Shown piece after piece: positions 34,558 through 44,320 of a DNA stretch of 64,000 bases. Both the position numbers and the translations under genes were made by a program. The stretch covers positions 1,757 to 65,756 of the IMG/VR virus record IMGVR_UViG_3300044878_000204; one strand, 5' to 3'. The DNA comes from a virus. The number at the start of each line of letters is the position of its first letter. Position 1 is the stretch's first letter. The notes beneath the pieces are model-generated. The model did not search any database. It was not told the origin of the DNA and was given only the letters and a program-made list of their open reading frames with translations.

Positions 34558-35940
34558 ATGTATACGTTGAATCCAGCCCTTAGATCATTCTGGCGGACAC
34601 GAAGCCGGTACAAAGCCTTGTACGGCGGTCGTGCATCTTCGAAATCGCACGATGCCGCTGGGATGGCAGTGTATCTCGCGGCCAACTACACGCTCAAATT
34701 CCTCTGCGCTCGACAGTTCCAGAATCGCATTGACGAATCCGTTTACACACTGATCAAGAACAAAATCGAGAACAGCAGCTTTAAAGATGAGTTCACACTA
34801 ACAAAGAACTCCATCAGACACAAAGTCACCGGCTCTGAGTTCATCTTTTACGGCATCGCCCGCAACTTGTCTGAGATCAAATCGACTGAGGGCGTCGATA
34901 TCCTCTGGCTTGAAGAGGCCCACTACCTGACGTCAGAACAGTGGGACGTGATCGAGCCAACCATCCGTAAGGAAGGTTCGCAAATCTGGCTGATTTGGAA
35001 CCCGGATGAGATAACCGACTTCATCTATCAGAACTTCGTAGTAAACCCCCCAGAGGACTGCATCGGGCGCCCAATCAACTGGGAGGAAAACCCATACCTG
35101 TCCGATACAATGTTGAAGGTCATTCACGAGGCGTATAAGCGCGACCCAGAGAAGGCGCGGCACGTATACGGCGGTGAACCTAAGACTGGCGGGGACAAGT
35201 CCGTCATCAACCTCAAGTTCATCATGTCCGCAGTCGATGCGCACAAAAAACTTGGCTGGGAGCCTTCCGGGGCGAAAAGGGTCGGGTTTGACGTTGCGGA
35301 CGACGGCGAGGATGCCAATGCAACGACGTACATACACGGCAACGTCATTATGGAGGTTGACGAGTGGGAAGGCCTAGAGGATAAAATTCTTGACTCTTCG
35401 AAGCGCGTGTACAACTACGCCAGATCGAAAGATGCAACTGTAACATACGACTCCATCGGCGTCGGGGCTCACGTAGGCTCGAAGTTCGCTGAGATAAACG
35501 ACGCCCAGGAAGGTCCGTATAAGCTGTCGTACGATCCATTCAACGCCGGTGGTGGCGTAACCGATCCTGATGGCGCGTTCCTGACGTTGCCACATGTAAC
35601 TATCACCAACAAAGAGCACTTCTGCAACATCAAGGCCCAGAAGTGGGATGAGGTTGCAACTAGATTCCGCAAGACTTACGAGGCGGTTGAGCTTGGCGTT
35701 CCGCACCCGCACGATGAACTAATCTCCATCAACAAAGACACTATATCGCCAAAGCAACTTACACAGCTCATGCACGAGCTAGCCTCGCCACGGAAGGACT
35801 TGGACGGCAACGGCAAGTTCAAAGTTGAGTCCAAAAAGGACATGCGCGAGAAACGCAAGATCAAGTCACCGAACATTGCAGATTCGGTCATCATGGCGGC
35901 CATTCTACCGAAGCGCGCATCAGCCGGATTCTTCGACTGA
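34558..35940 (+). CDS. terL: Terminase large subunit
   Basis: Walker A YGGRASSKSHDAAGM; nuclease-domain motif LWLEEAHYL...IWLIWNPDE; the ORF is open from TTG 34510, ATG 34558 preferred; terminator downstream. Confidence 0.85.
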   Translation: MYTLNPALRSFWRTRSRYKALYGGRASSKSHDAAGMAVYLAANYTLKFLCARQFQNRIDESVYTLIKNKIENSSFKDEFTLTKNSIRHKVTGSEFIFYGIARNLSEIKSTEGVDILWLEEAHYLTSEQWDVIEPTIRKEGSQIWLIWNPDEITDFIYQNFVVNPPEDCIGRPINWEENPYLSDTMLKVIHEAYKRDPEKARHVYGGEPKTGGDKSVINLKFIMSAVDAHKKLGWEPSGAKRVGFDVADDGEDANATTYIHGNVIMEVDEWEGLEDKILDSSKRVYNYARSKDATVTYDSIGVGAHVGSKFAEINDAQEGPYKLSYDPFNAGGGVTDPDGAFLTLPHVTITNKEHFCNIKAQKWDEVATRFRKTYEAVELGVPHPHDELISINKDTISPKQLTQLMHELASPRKDLDGNGKFKVESKKDMREKRKIKSPNIADSVIMAAILPKRASAGFFD

Positions 35941-35948
35941 CGGACATA

Positions 35949-35980
35949 GAAAAGCCCTCCAAGTCGAGGGCTTTTCTCGT
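35949..35980 (+). terminator. Terminator after the terminase gene
   Basis: GAAAAGCCCTC-caagtc-GAGGGCTTTTCTCG. Confidence 0.7.
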
Positions 35981-36177
35981 GCTTCCACCGGCCTCTTATA
36001 CGGGTGGACTACGTTCGCAGGCTCCAATGGCATGGTGCATTGCAGAGTGCTGGGCTTGGACAGGCCCGAACGTAAGTTGCTGGACTCCAGCGTCAATGTG
36101 CAGGCTATCGGCTTAATCCCATTGCGGGCGCTCACGAACGCGCTGACCAGACGATTATACCGGAAACGCACCCCAAA

Positions 36178-36204
36178 GAAAAGCCCTAAACTTGGAGGGC
36201 TTTT
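36178..36204. terminator. Terminator-like hairpin downstream of minus-strand gene 36223-36633
   Basis: AAAGCCCT-aaacttgg-AGGGCTTTT. Confidence 0.5.
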
Positions 36205-36222
36205 CTTCACTCACGCTGGCGA

Positions 36223-36633
36223 TTAACGCTCAGAGTCGCGGCCAGCAAACTTTTCGGCCAGCGGATCAGGACAGCCAGGACCGACCTTTTCAACCGGGAT
36301 TTCTGGTGGCGTGTTCTCGCGATCAACGCGTTGAATTTCCTGCTGGAGGATGTTGTGGTTTACGAAATACGCGTTTTCCGCGTTTTCGACATCTGCCGAC
36401 CAACCAACAGAAGGATCCAGACCAAGGTTTGCCAAGGCCTCGGTCCAAGCCTTGTGCTGCTCTTCTTGAACAGCCATCGCCTGCTCCGTACCGGTTTTGA
36501 GTGCCATGCTTATGGCAGCTTCCATCTGCTCGTTTACCAGATTGCGCTTGCGGTTCAGCATGGCTAGGTTTGCCGCTACATCTGGATGGATCTTGACTGC
36601 AGAATCCAGTTTGCTCACGTCGATCTTGCTCAT
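36223..36633 (-). CDS. Hypothetical protein
   Basis: ORF; terminator-like hairpin at 36178-36204. Confidence 0.5.
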   Translation of the reverse strand: MSKIDVSKLDSAVKIHPDVAANLAMLNRKRNLVNEQMEAAISMALKTGTEQAMAVQEEQHKAWTEALANLGLDPSVGWSADVENAENAYFVNHNILQQEIQRVDRENTPPEIPVEKVGPGCPDPLAEKFAGRDSER

Positions 36634-36652
36634 GGTACTTCCTTTGGTTGAG

Positions 36653-37066
36653 TTAGGTTCTAATCCACAGGATCAGAAGTGTTACGAATGCGCCGATGCC
36701 AATTGCCTTGTACCACGTCATGGTATGGAACGGCGCTTGGGCCTCCTTTCCTGATGCCGACTCCCAGACAGGCTCTGTGGATGTATACACAGTATTGTCC
36801 ACAGGCGTCGGCGACTGGTTGCCGGCAGTAGAATCGACCGGCTCGGCAACTCGCTGCCAGCCGGTGGTGTTTGGTTGGGTCTGTACCGCCCTTGGCAAAG
36901 GCGGTACAACGTCGTTATTGTAAGCTTCAGCACCGCGACCGAATGCAGCGGCAATCGATATGACTACGACCATCAACGCTGCAGAGATCCATCGAGTGCG
37001 CACGGCTTCTTTGTCTTTCTTTTTGGTGCCTTCCGGGGTGTCAACGAAACGGCGTTTATTTATCAT
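36653..37066 (-). CDS. Membrane protein with N- and C-terminal transmembrane helices and a Pro/Thr-rich linker
   Basis: WISAALMVVVISIAAAFG and AIGIGAFVTLLILWI. Confidence 0.5.
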   Translation of the reverse strand: MINKRRFVDTPEGTKKKDKEAVRTRWISAALMVVVISIAAAFGRGAEAYNNDVVPPLPRAVQTQPNTTGWQRVAEPVDSTAGNQSPTPVDNTVYTSTEPVWESASGKEAQAPFHTMTWYKAIGIGAFVTLLILWIRT

Positions 37067-37810
37067 TCACTCACTCTCCACAGATTTGGTGATTTCTACC
37101 ATTCGACCGGCGCGATAACCGGCATTTCTGGCAGCTTGTTCCGCCGCGTCCGTGATTTGACGGGCCTTCGATGTTTTGTAGCCTGGCTCGCCGAAGTGGG
37201 CGGTCACAGCGGTAGACTTGATAACCACCAGAGAAGTTCCCGTAGCACTTTCAGAGGCCGTCAACAGGTCGCGCTCTTTCGTCATATCACGAAGGCGGTC
37301 GGTGATGATTGCCATGGCGCCGTGCTTGAATTGGCCGCCTTCACGCACCGGATAACGGGCAAACCCTTGAGTTTTGAGCCACTCTTTGCAAAGACGGTTG
37401 ACGGCCTCTTCAAGAGTATTCAGCATCTGCTTGGCCAGCGCTACGTCCGACTTGTACCCTTTGAACATCACACGACGTCCCCACTGTTGAGCAGCGCCCT
37501 TCTTCTTGAAGTCCACCCATCCATAGTCGTACGACGCTTGGCAATCGTTGTAAGTGGCGATGGCAGTCCAGAACCAGCTCAGGTATTCAGGAACGGCAGC
37601 GAAGAATCGCGAGGCTGGTTCGGTGGCGAATTCCTCTTCAAACCCGGTGCCGATATCGATCTGCGACAGTTGATATTTGTCCATCAACTTACGGGCGCGG
37701 CTGGCAGCAATTGCAGCTTCATTCGGGCTGGATGCGTCATCGGCCATACGCAACAATTTTGCGATACGATCTTTGATTTTGTTCAGGTCGGTGAAGTCTT
37801 CGTTGCTCAT
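37067..37810 (-). CDS. Hypothetical protein (247 aa)
   Basis: ORF adjacent to its downstream gene. Confidence 0.5.
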   Translation of the reverse strand: MSNEDFTDLNKIKDRIAKLLRMADDASSPNEAAIAASRARKLMDKYQLSQIDIGTGFEEEFATEPASRFFAAVPEYLSWFWTAIATYNDCQASYDYGWVDFKKKGAAQQWGRRVMFKGYKSDVALAKQMLNTLEEAVNRLCKEWLKTQGFARYPVREGGQFKHGAMAIITDRLRDMTKERDLLTASESATGTSLVVIKSTAVTAHFGEPGYKTSKARQITDAAEQAARNAGYRAGRMVEITKSVESE

Positions 37811-37889
37811 TCCGGAGTACCTTATTGGGTGTTTAATTCAGATGACCTATCCTAGCTCCATCTGAAGTGAAAGTAAACTTTTATTTCAA

Positions 37890-38234
37890 TTACATTTTCG
37901 ATACTGAAACGGTGCCGCGCCAAACAAACCCGCAATCTTTCGCCAGCTTTATCGCCTCAAGCTCAGCCTCAAGGCTGCTCATCGTCGGGATCAGATACAC
38001 CAGCTCGGTCAGTTCACCTAGCGAGTCGCCGACGTTGAATCTGGCATTTATGACGACTTTGATTACGAACGCTTGAGGCTTGTCAGGCCGGTACAAAGGA
38101 GGTCGTCCAGCCCTTTTGATCTTGGCTTGACGACGCGCAGCCTTTTCCGCCACCTTGGCTGCCTTTCGTTCTTCCTCAAGCTTGTAGTCATCCAAGGCCT
38201 TTTTGATGTTTTCTTCCAGGTCTTTAAAGCTCAT
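37890..38234 (-). CDS. Hypothetical protein with a basic KAAKVAEKAARRQAKIKRAGRP segment
   Basis: ORF; palindromic element upstream. Confidence 0.45.
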   Translation of the reverse strand: MSFKDLEENIKKALDDYKLEEERKAAKVAEKAARRQAKIKRAGRPPLYRPDKPQAFVIKVVINARFNVGDSLGELTELVYLIPTMSSLEAELEAIKLAKDCGFVWRGTVSVSKM

Positions 38235-38606
38235 TCTCAGTCGCCTTTCTGGGTGTTCGTTTCAGACGGGATAATATTAATCCAATCTGAAATGGAAGTA
38301 AAGGCGTATTTCAGATTGGCGACGAAACGACCTTTTCTGAACTGTACGATCTAACGTACACTGAGAACGCTTCAGGCCACGTACAAGCGTACAGGCTCAA
38401 GCGTAAATATCGATTAGGTAGTGTACGTTAGAAAGGAAAGTCACCGGCCAACCCAGGAAGGTCATCAACCGGTCCATCTTTGTACGTTCCATCCGCATTA
38501 AACTTGCACTTCCCGCTGCTCATGCGATGTGGGAAGTGGTAACAGCTCGCTCGGCAAGTAACCTGCTTGTGCTTTGGCGGTCCTATGCGGATGAAACGAC
38601 GGCGAG

Positions 38607-39293
38607 TCACGGCCTGCGGTTTGCACCGTCTGGCGCAGTATGCATCGTAGGATTGAACCGACCAAGGATGTAATCGGGGCGACGGTTATCCGGTTGCGGG
38701 CATGCAGCGATGATGCGCCAGCCTACGTTGAGTGCTTCTTGAAGGGCGTCGCTGCATGCGTCCTCCATCAGCAAAGTCTCGTTGTAGGTGGAAAGCGCTT
38801 GGCCCGGTACATGGACGTCGCACTTCTGGTTATAGATCGTTTCGCCATTCATCGGCGCGGCGAATTCGATGGACTCGAAACGCTTAACCAGATGTTCCAT
38901 CCGCTCGATCATGCCTGGGATGCTGTCGGTGGCAACTGCCGCGCCTGATTTTACGGTGATCGAATCGTCCACTTCCATGATTTCCAGAAGTTGCGCGCCG
39001 GTGCAGGCGAACGTCGGCGAGTGAAGGTGCTCAGAGCGCTTGTATTCGTTGTCGTCGTCATCGAAGCGCGACGGAATGGTTACTCCGATTCGATCCAGAA
39101 GGGCAGCACGCTTATCTCGATTCTCCCTCCATCGGGCGATGTTGCTTTCGTCGTCTTCCACCTTGCAGTGCGCCGACCGTGGGCTGACGTACTCAGGATC
39201 ACCGGCATTCTCGGCTTCCAGACTGATCCACTTCATGCGCTCGCCAACGTAGTAGTCGCCGATTTGCTTCATGCTCACCAAGAAAATCTTCAT
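38607..39293 (-). CDS. Hypothetical protein (228 aa)
   Basis: ORF. Confidence 0.5.
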   Translation of the reverse strand: MKIFLVSMKQIGDYYVGERMKWISLEAENAGDPEYVSPRSAHCKVEDDESNIARWRENRDKRAALLDRIGVTIPSRFDDDDNEYKRSEHLHSPTFACTGAQLLEIMEVDDSITVKSGAAVATDSIPGMIERMEHLVKRFESIEFAAPMNGETIYNQKCDVHVPGQALSTYNETLLMEDACSDALQEALNVGWRIIAACPQPDNRRPDYILGRFNPTMHTAPDGANRRP

Positions 39294-39476
39294 TCTTTAC
39301 TTTCTCCTAAAGTCAATACTTCATTCTAAGGCCGAACTCGCCTTGGTTCGGAACAATTATGGATGACGGGCGCTGCTTAACATCAGGCGCGCAGTAACGT
39401 TCGACCTTTACCGGGCCTGATATCAGAGCTGTAGCCAAAGCAACGACGACAGCCAGCCAGATCGCATTTGACCTGC

Positions 39477-39848
39477 TCAAAAGCAAGACCACACAATGGC
39501 CGATTCCTTCCCAAGAAAGGAGTAGACACCGGCTGATTTACCGGTGCCTTTTGCCATCATAAAGCCTTCTTTCGTCGTGCTTTGGCGGACGCCGAACTCA
39601 TTTTGCTTTTTGGAAATCACACCAGACATCATGGCCAGGTCAAAGTCCTCCTTAACAACTGTGAACACGGTGCCGTAATCCACGATGGTTGCCCGACCGT
39701 GAGAAGCATACTCGCCGACCTCGCCTGTGGCAAAATCGACTGGAGCCGACTGCTCAGAACACTCGTAAACTTTCGCGGCAGTCAACCCGGCACTAGCTCC
39801 AGTCGAAAGCAACGCGACAGCCACAGCAAGTGCTATACGATGTCTCAT
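39477..39848 (-). CDS. Secreted/periplasmic protein with a signal peptide
   Basis: MRHRIALAVAVALLSTGASAG signal-like N-terminus. Confidence 0.5.
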   Translation of the reverse strand: MRHRIALAVAVALLSTGASAGLTAAKVYECSEQSAPVDFATGEVGEYASHGRATIVDYGTVFTVVKEDFDLAMMSGVISKKQNEFGVRQSTTKEGFMMAKGTGKSAGVYSFLGKESAIVWSCF

Positions 39849-40115
39849 TTGGATCCTCCAAGGATTTCAGAAGTCAAATTTGCTGTCGGTGCGACTAACT
39901 TCGATGCACTCGACGCGCTTGTAAGAGGCCATAACCATCTGCCGATCCCACTCGCAGTCGGATTTGCTGGTGTAAATCTTTTGCGAGATTGGCTCTGCGT
40001 GACAGTTGTACTCGCCATAGCAGATTATTTGGGCCAAAACATAACCGAGGAAAACGTTCATTTCATCACCATCGCGTTGTTTGTGATCTGATAATAGGCC
40101 CTTGTGCCAAACGCG

Positions 40116-40463
40116 TCAAGCACTTTCTGAGTAGATACCTAAAATATCTTCGTGCAACATCCAAACCACAGGCTTCTCATGACGATCAGCGAGAATTCGA
40201 TACAGGTTCGGGCGGATGAAATCTACCCTGCCGCAGCCACGGTCCTCGCCGTCATCGAACATTACCCGGTCGCCTTCCTTGTAGGCCTCTCGCGACTCCA
40301 AACGGGTGGCCACGGAGTCGTCCTTTGATACCACCCAAGGCTCTGTAGTTGATGCGTACTCGGTGCCCTTAGCAAACTCTTTCGCGGTCGAGTCAAGATC
40401 AAACACGCCGATCACCTTTCCTTCTGAGATGACGATGTGCACGATGTCTGGAAATTCTTTCAT
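40116..40463 (-). CDS. Hypothetical protein
   Basis: ORF divergent from the portal gene. Confidence 0.45.
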   Translation of the reverse strand: MKEFPDIVHIVISEGKVIGVFDLDSTAKEFAKGTEYASTTEPWVVSKDDSVATRLESREAYKEGDRVMFDDGEDRGCGRVDFIRPNLYRILADRHEKPVVWMLHEDILGIYSESA

Positions 40464-40523
40464 TAAGTAATCCTCATATTTGAGACCTAGATAGTATACC
40501 AGTCAGAAGTTATAGGCAATTAA

Positions 40524-40610
40524 CTTAGTTGCACTAACACTATATAAAGGCCAATTGCCTCGAAAGTACAACAACACTATACTACATATATCCAGGCCAA
40601 TTGTTGCGAA
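40524..40610 (+). promoter_or_regulatory. Direct repeats and a TTGCACTAACACTATATA motif upstream of the portal gene
   Basis: cTATATAAAGGCCAATTGCCTCGAA (40540-40564) and cATATATCCAGGCCAATTGTTGCGAA (40585-40610); TTGCA(A)CTAAC(A/C)CTATA is shared with 44143. Confidence 0.55.
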
Positions 40611-42895
40611 CTATAAACATGAAACTATTCCGATGGAACTTGTGGGGAAATAAGCCCAAAGTTGAAGACGCAAAGCCAATTCAAACTTTACTTCCAGCCC
40701 ACGACCCTTTGGATGTAGTAAGTAAGTCCAACGGAAGGCCCAGCGGCTGGCAGGATGAAAAGCCAAGTCCTTTCAAACTCACCGTTGATCAGTTTCCGGT
40801 GTATGTTGACAGTGATGCGAAAACAGCGGTGATGGACTCATCCGACTCCCCGGCAAGTATTAAGGGCGCGAATGGCGGTGCGCAAAGCTCCTATACGGTC
40901 CCGCCGTCCATTCAGGACTGGTACAACTCCCAAGGGTTCATCGGATACCAGGCCTGCGCCCTTATCGCCCAGCACTGGCTCGTAGACAAGGCCTGTTCGC
41001 AGTCAGGCGAAGACTCCGTGCGTAACGGCTGGGAAATCAAGACGGATGGCAATGAACTCTCTGATGAAGAGTTGAGCGCTATTAAGGCTCAGGATATTGA
41101 GTTCAAGGTCAAAGAGAACTTGGTTGAGTTCAATCGCTTCAAGAACATTTTCGGCATACGTGTTGCGATTTTCGAGGTCGAAAGCGACGACCCTAAGTAT
41201 TACGAGAAGCCGTTCAACATCGATGGCGTAACCAAAGGGTCGTACAAAGGCATCTCGCAAGTTGACCCGTACTGGATGACGCCAATGATGACGTCTCAGT
41301 GCACGCAGAACCCTGCTGACAAGCATTTCTACGATCCAGAATATTGGATTATCAGCGGCAAGAAGTATCACCGCAGCCACCTGTGCATCAGTCGCGGACC
41401 AGCCCCTGCAGACATCCTCAAGCCAACGTACATCTTTGGCGGCATCCCTCTGGTCCAGCGCATCTACGAGCGGGTGTATGCCGCAGAGCGCATGGCCAAC
41501 GAGGCTCCTTTGCTGGCGTTGAGCAAACGCACCACGGCCATTCACGTTGACGTCGAAAAGGCGATGGCCAACGAAGAGTCATTTGTGCGTAAGTTGCTGT
41601 TCTGGACCAGATACCGCGACAACCATGCCGTAAAAGTCCTTGGCAAAGATGAATCGATGGAGCAGTTTGACACTAACTTGTCAGACTTCGATTCGTTGAT
41701 CATGAACCAATACCAACTTGTCGCTGCCATTGCCAAAACCCCGGCAACCAAAATCCTTGGTACAAGTCCGAAAGGATTCAATGCTACCGGCGAGTTTGAA
41801 ACAGTTTCGTATCACGAGGAATTGGAGTCGCTTCACGAACATACTTTTGATCCGATGCTTGAGCGACACTACTTGCTGACTATGAAGTCATTCGGTCACG
41901 AAGTCCAGATTACCATCGTGTGGAATCCGGTTGACTCGATCACGACTCAGGCTCAGGCCGAACTCAACGCCAAGAAGGCCGCAGCGCACGAAATTTACGT
42001 CAATGTCGGTGCCGTCTCTCCTGACGAAGTTCGACAAGCTCTGCGCGATGACGAAACGTCCGGATACAACCGCCTGTCCGATGACGACGCAAACACGGAG
42101 CCTGGTGCATCGCCAGAAAACCTTGCCGAGTTTGAGAAGGCTGGCGCAGAAGAAAACAGAACTGCCGCTGAACAGGTTCGCGCAGGCCTCGACCCGGCTC
42201 CTGGCACAGGCATTCCGCACGAAGCGCCGACCACCATCAAACCACAGGAGCAACCACCGGCACCAAACAAGGACGTCACAGAGAGCGCGCCAACCAACAA
42301 GCAGGCTTTGGTCACTGAGCTTCAAGCGTTAATCGCCCAGCTCAACGATATGTCCGATTCGTTGTTGCAAAATGGCGTCGATCTGGAAACGCACGACTCG
42401 CCGGGAATCAAGCGCAGCGTCAAACCTAGCGTAACAGGAAGTGAGCCGAATGTCGTCGGCGCAGGCGCCATCGTCCCTGCCTCAAACCCGGATGACTTGC
42501 CACGGATCAAGCTACATGACATGGTTGCCGTCATCGAAAATCCTCGCGGCTCTATCCGTCAAGGGAAGAACGGCGATTGGCAGATCAAGATGGCCCACCA
42601 CTATGGATTCATCAAGGGCACGGCTGGCGCGGATGGCGATGAGGTAGACTGCTTCATCGGTCCGGATCTTGAGGCCGAGCGCGTGTTTGTGGTGAACCAG
42701 AACAAGCAAGACGGGGCATTTGACGAGCACAAAGTGATGTTAGGCTTCCAAGGCCCTGTAGAGGCAAAAGCAGCTTATCACGCGTCGTACAAGGCAGGCT
42801 GGACCGGGTTTGGATCGATGAGCGAGCTTCACGTAAGCGACTTCAAATCTTGGCTAGCATCTGGCGATTGCAAATTGCCTTTGGGTGATATCTGA
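40601..42895 (+). CDS. Portal protein
   Basis: 764 aa; first gene of the structural block, directly upstream of the Mu-F-like gene; acidic C-terminal third. Confidence 0.7.
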   Translation: MLRTINMKLFRWNLWGNKPKVEDAKPIQTLLPAHDPLDVVSKSNGRPSGWQDEKPSPFKLTVDQFPVYVDSDAKTAVMDSSDSPASIKGANGGAQSSYTVPPSIQDWYNSQGFIGYQACALIAQHWLVDKACSQSGEDSVRNGWEIKTDGNELSDEELSAIKAQDIEFKVKENLVEFNRFKNIFGIRVAIFEVESDDPKYYEKPFNIDGVTKGSYKGISQVDPYWMTPMMTSQCTQNPADKHFYDPEYWIISGKKYHRSHLCISRGPAPADILKPTYIFGGIPLVQRIYERVYAAERMANEAPLLALSKRTTAIHVDVEKAMANEESFVRKLLFWTRYRDNHAVKVLGKDESMEQFDTNLSDFDSLIMNQYQLVAAIAKTPATKILGTSPKGFNATGEFETVSYHEELESLHEHTFDPMLERHYLLTMKSFGHEVQITIVWNPVDSITTQAQAELNAKKAAAHEIYVNVGAVSPDEVRQALRDDETSGYNRLSDDDANTEPGASPENLAEFEKAGAEENRTAAEQVRAGLDPAPGTGIPHEAPTTIKPQEQPPAPNKDVTESAPTNKQALVTELQALIAQLNDMSDSLLQNGVDLETHDSPGIKRSVKPSVTGSEPNVVGAGAIVPASNPDDLPRIKLHDMVAVIENPRGSIRQGKNGDWQIKMAHHYGFIKGTAGADGDEVDCFIGPDLEAERVFVVNQNKQDGAFDEHKVMLGFQGPVEAKAAYHASYKAGWTGFGSMSELHVSDFKSWLASGDCKLPLGDI

Positions 42896-43734
42896 TGGCA
42901 TTTACGGCGTCCAAAAAACGTGAGCGCCGTGCAGCAGAGCCCGTGGGAAGGGGCTCTGCGATCATCCCGTCTGCGGCAATTGAAGCGTGGTATCGAGCCA
43001 AGTTGACCGTCATGGTAAAAGCGATGCTGGCGGAATACAAAGAGGTCGTGACGGCAGAGGTAAAGTCGGAAAAAGGAAAGCAGTTTTACGCAACTGACGC
43101 CATGTTCTCTGATGTGTTCGCTAGCACGCTCAAAAGCCTCCAGCAAAGATGGGCGCGAATATTCGAAGGGTTTGCCTCTAAACTCGCGCCTGAGTATGTA
43201 GAGAAAGTTGACGGCCAAGCAACTTCGGCAACTTTGCACAGCCTAAGTGTGGCCGGTGTCAAAGCACCAATCGCGACTTACAACGCGGCAGTCGCAAACA
43301 CTCTCAAGGCATCTGTCGATTATAACCATACTTTGATCACCGGTCTGGCCGATGAAGTACATGAGAAAGTTTACTCGGCAGTAATGCTTTCGCTTACTTC
43401 GCCAAATCCAGAAGAGCAAGGCCAGAACGGAATAAAAGAGGCCTTGAAGAAGGCCGGGATTGATTCAGAAAAACGAGTCGATCTAATCGTCAGGGATCAA
43501 ACGAGCAAGATATACAGCTCGTTGAGCGACGAAAGGATGAAACAGAATGGATGTGAAGAATTCGAGTGGGCGCATTCGTCCGCAGGTAAAGTTCCGCGTC
43601 ACACGCACGTGGAAAAAGACGGGCAGATATTCAAACTTAATGACCCTAGACTTTGGGATGGCCCAAAGGGCGATCAAGGTCCGCCGGGATGGGCGATAAA
43701 TTGCCGCTGTCGCAAAATCCCCATCTTCAGGTAA
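42895..43734 (+). CDS. Mu gpF-like head morphogenesis (minor head) protein
   Basis: SAGKVPRHTHVEKDGQIF...PPGWAINCRCRKIP matches the Phage_Mu_F conserved H..DG / NCRC motif. Confidence 0.8.
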   Translation: MAFTASKKRERRAAEPVGRGSAIIPSAAIEAWYRAKLTVMVKAMLAEYKEVVTAEVKSEKGKQFYATDAMFSDVFASTLKSLQQRWARIFEGFASKLAPEYVEKVDGQATSATLHSLSVAGVKAPIATYNAAVANTLKASVDYNHTLITGLADEVHEKVYSAVMLSLTSPNPEEQGQNGIKEALKKAGIDSEKRVDLIVRDQTSKIYSSLSDERMKQNGCEEFEWAHSSAGKVPRHTHVEKDGQIFKLNDPRLWDGPKGDQGPPGWAINCRCRKIPIFR

Positions 43735-43980
43735 ACGAGCAATAGCAATACCAGTGCCAAGGATGGCGTAACCGTCAGTTGTCATTTGACACCGACAAAC
43801 ATCATTGACAGCGAGAACCAACCCATGTACGCAGCCGCCAAAAAGTTGCAATTCAGCCACCTTTTCTCTGGCTTGCTAGAGAAATATGATCAACCTGGAT
43901 TCTTCAATATCCGCTGGGCAGCAGTTGACGTCGTAATTATCGCCGCAAGTTTGATCGTTCTAAGCGCCAAATAACAAAGG

Positions 43981-44320
43981 AAAGTGTTATTTACCTTCCC
44001 GGCAGACCACCTTCCCCGGCTGCCGGGAATCTCCCGGTAAGGTCTTGAGCCCTTGCCGCGCCGGCCTCTTACAGTACTTTCCCGCCTTCCCGGCAGAAAT
44101 TGCGTTTTTCGAAACTATATAGACGTTACCTATAAGTTCCACTATCTATTGCAACTAACCTATACCCTCTTAAAATTTGAATATATAAAGGGAATCCCGG
44201 TAAAGTAAGCTTACTCAAGGCCACAAGCAGCGCGGCCCGCTTGACTATTACACAAGCCATCAACTTCGCGGCAGACCACTTCCCGCCAGAATTCAACGTC
44301 CCTCCCGGTAAAGTAACTCA
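43981..44320 (+). promoter_or_regulatory. Repeat-rich regulatory region upstream of the scaffold gene: TTCCCGGCAGA x3 and TCCCGGTAA(A)GT x3
   Basis: TTCCCGGCAGACCAC at 43994, TTCCCGGCAGAAAT at 44083, TTCGCGGCAGACCAC at 44263; CTCCCGGTAAGGTC at 44022, ATCCCGGTAAAGTAAGC at 44194, CTCCCGGTAAAGTAAC at 44303; TTGCAACTAACCTATA at 44143. Confidence 0.6.
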
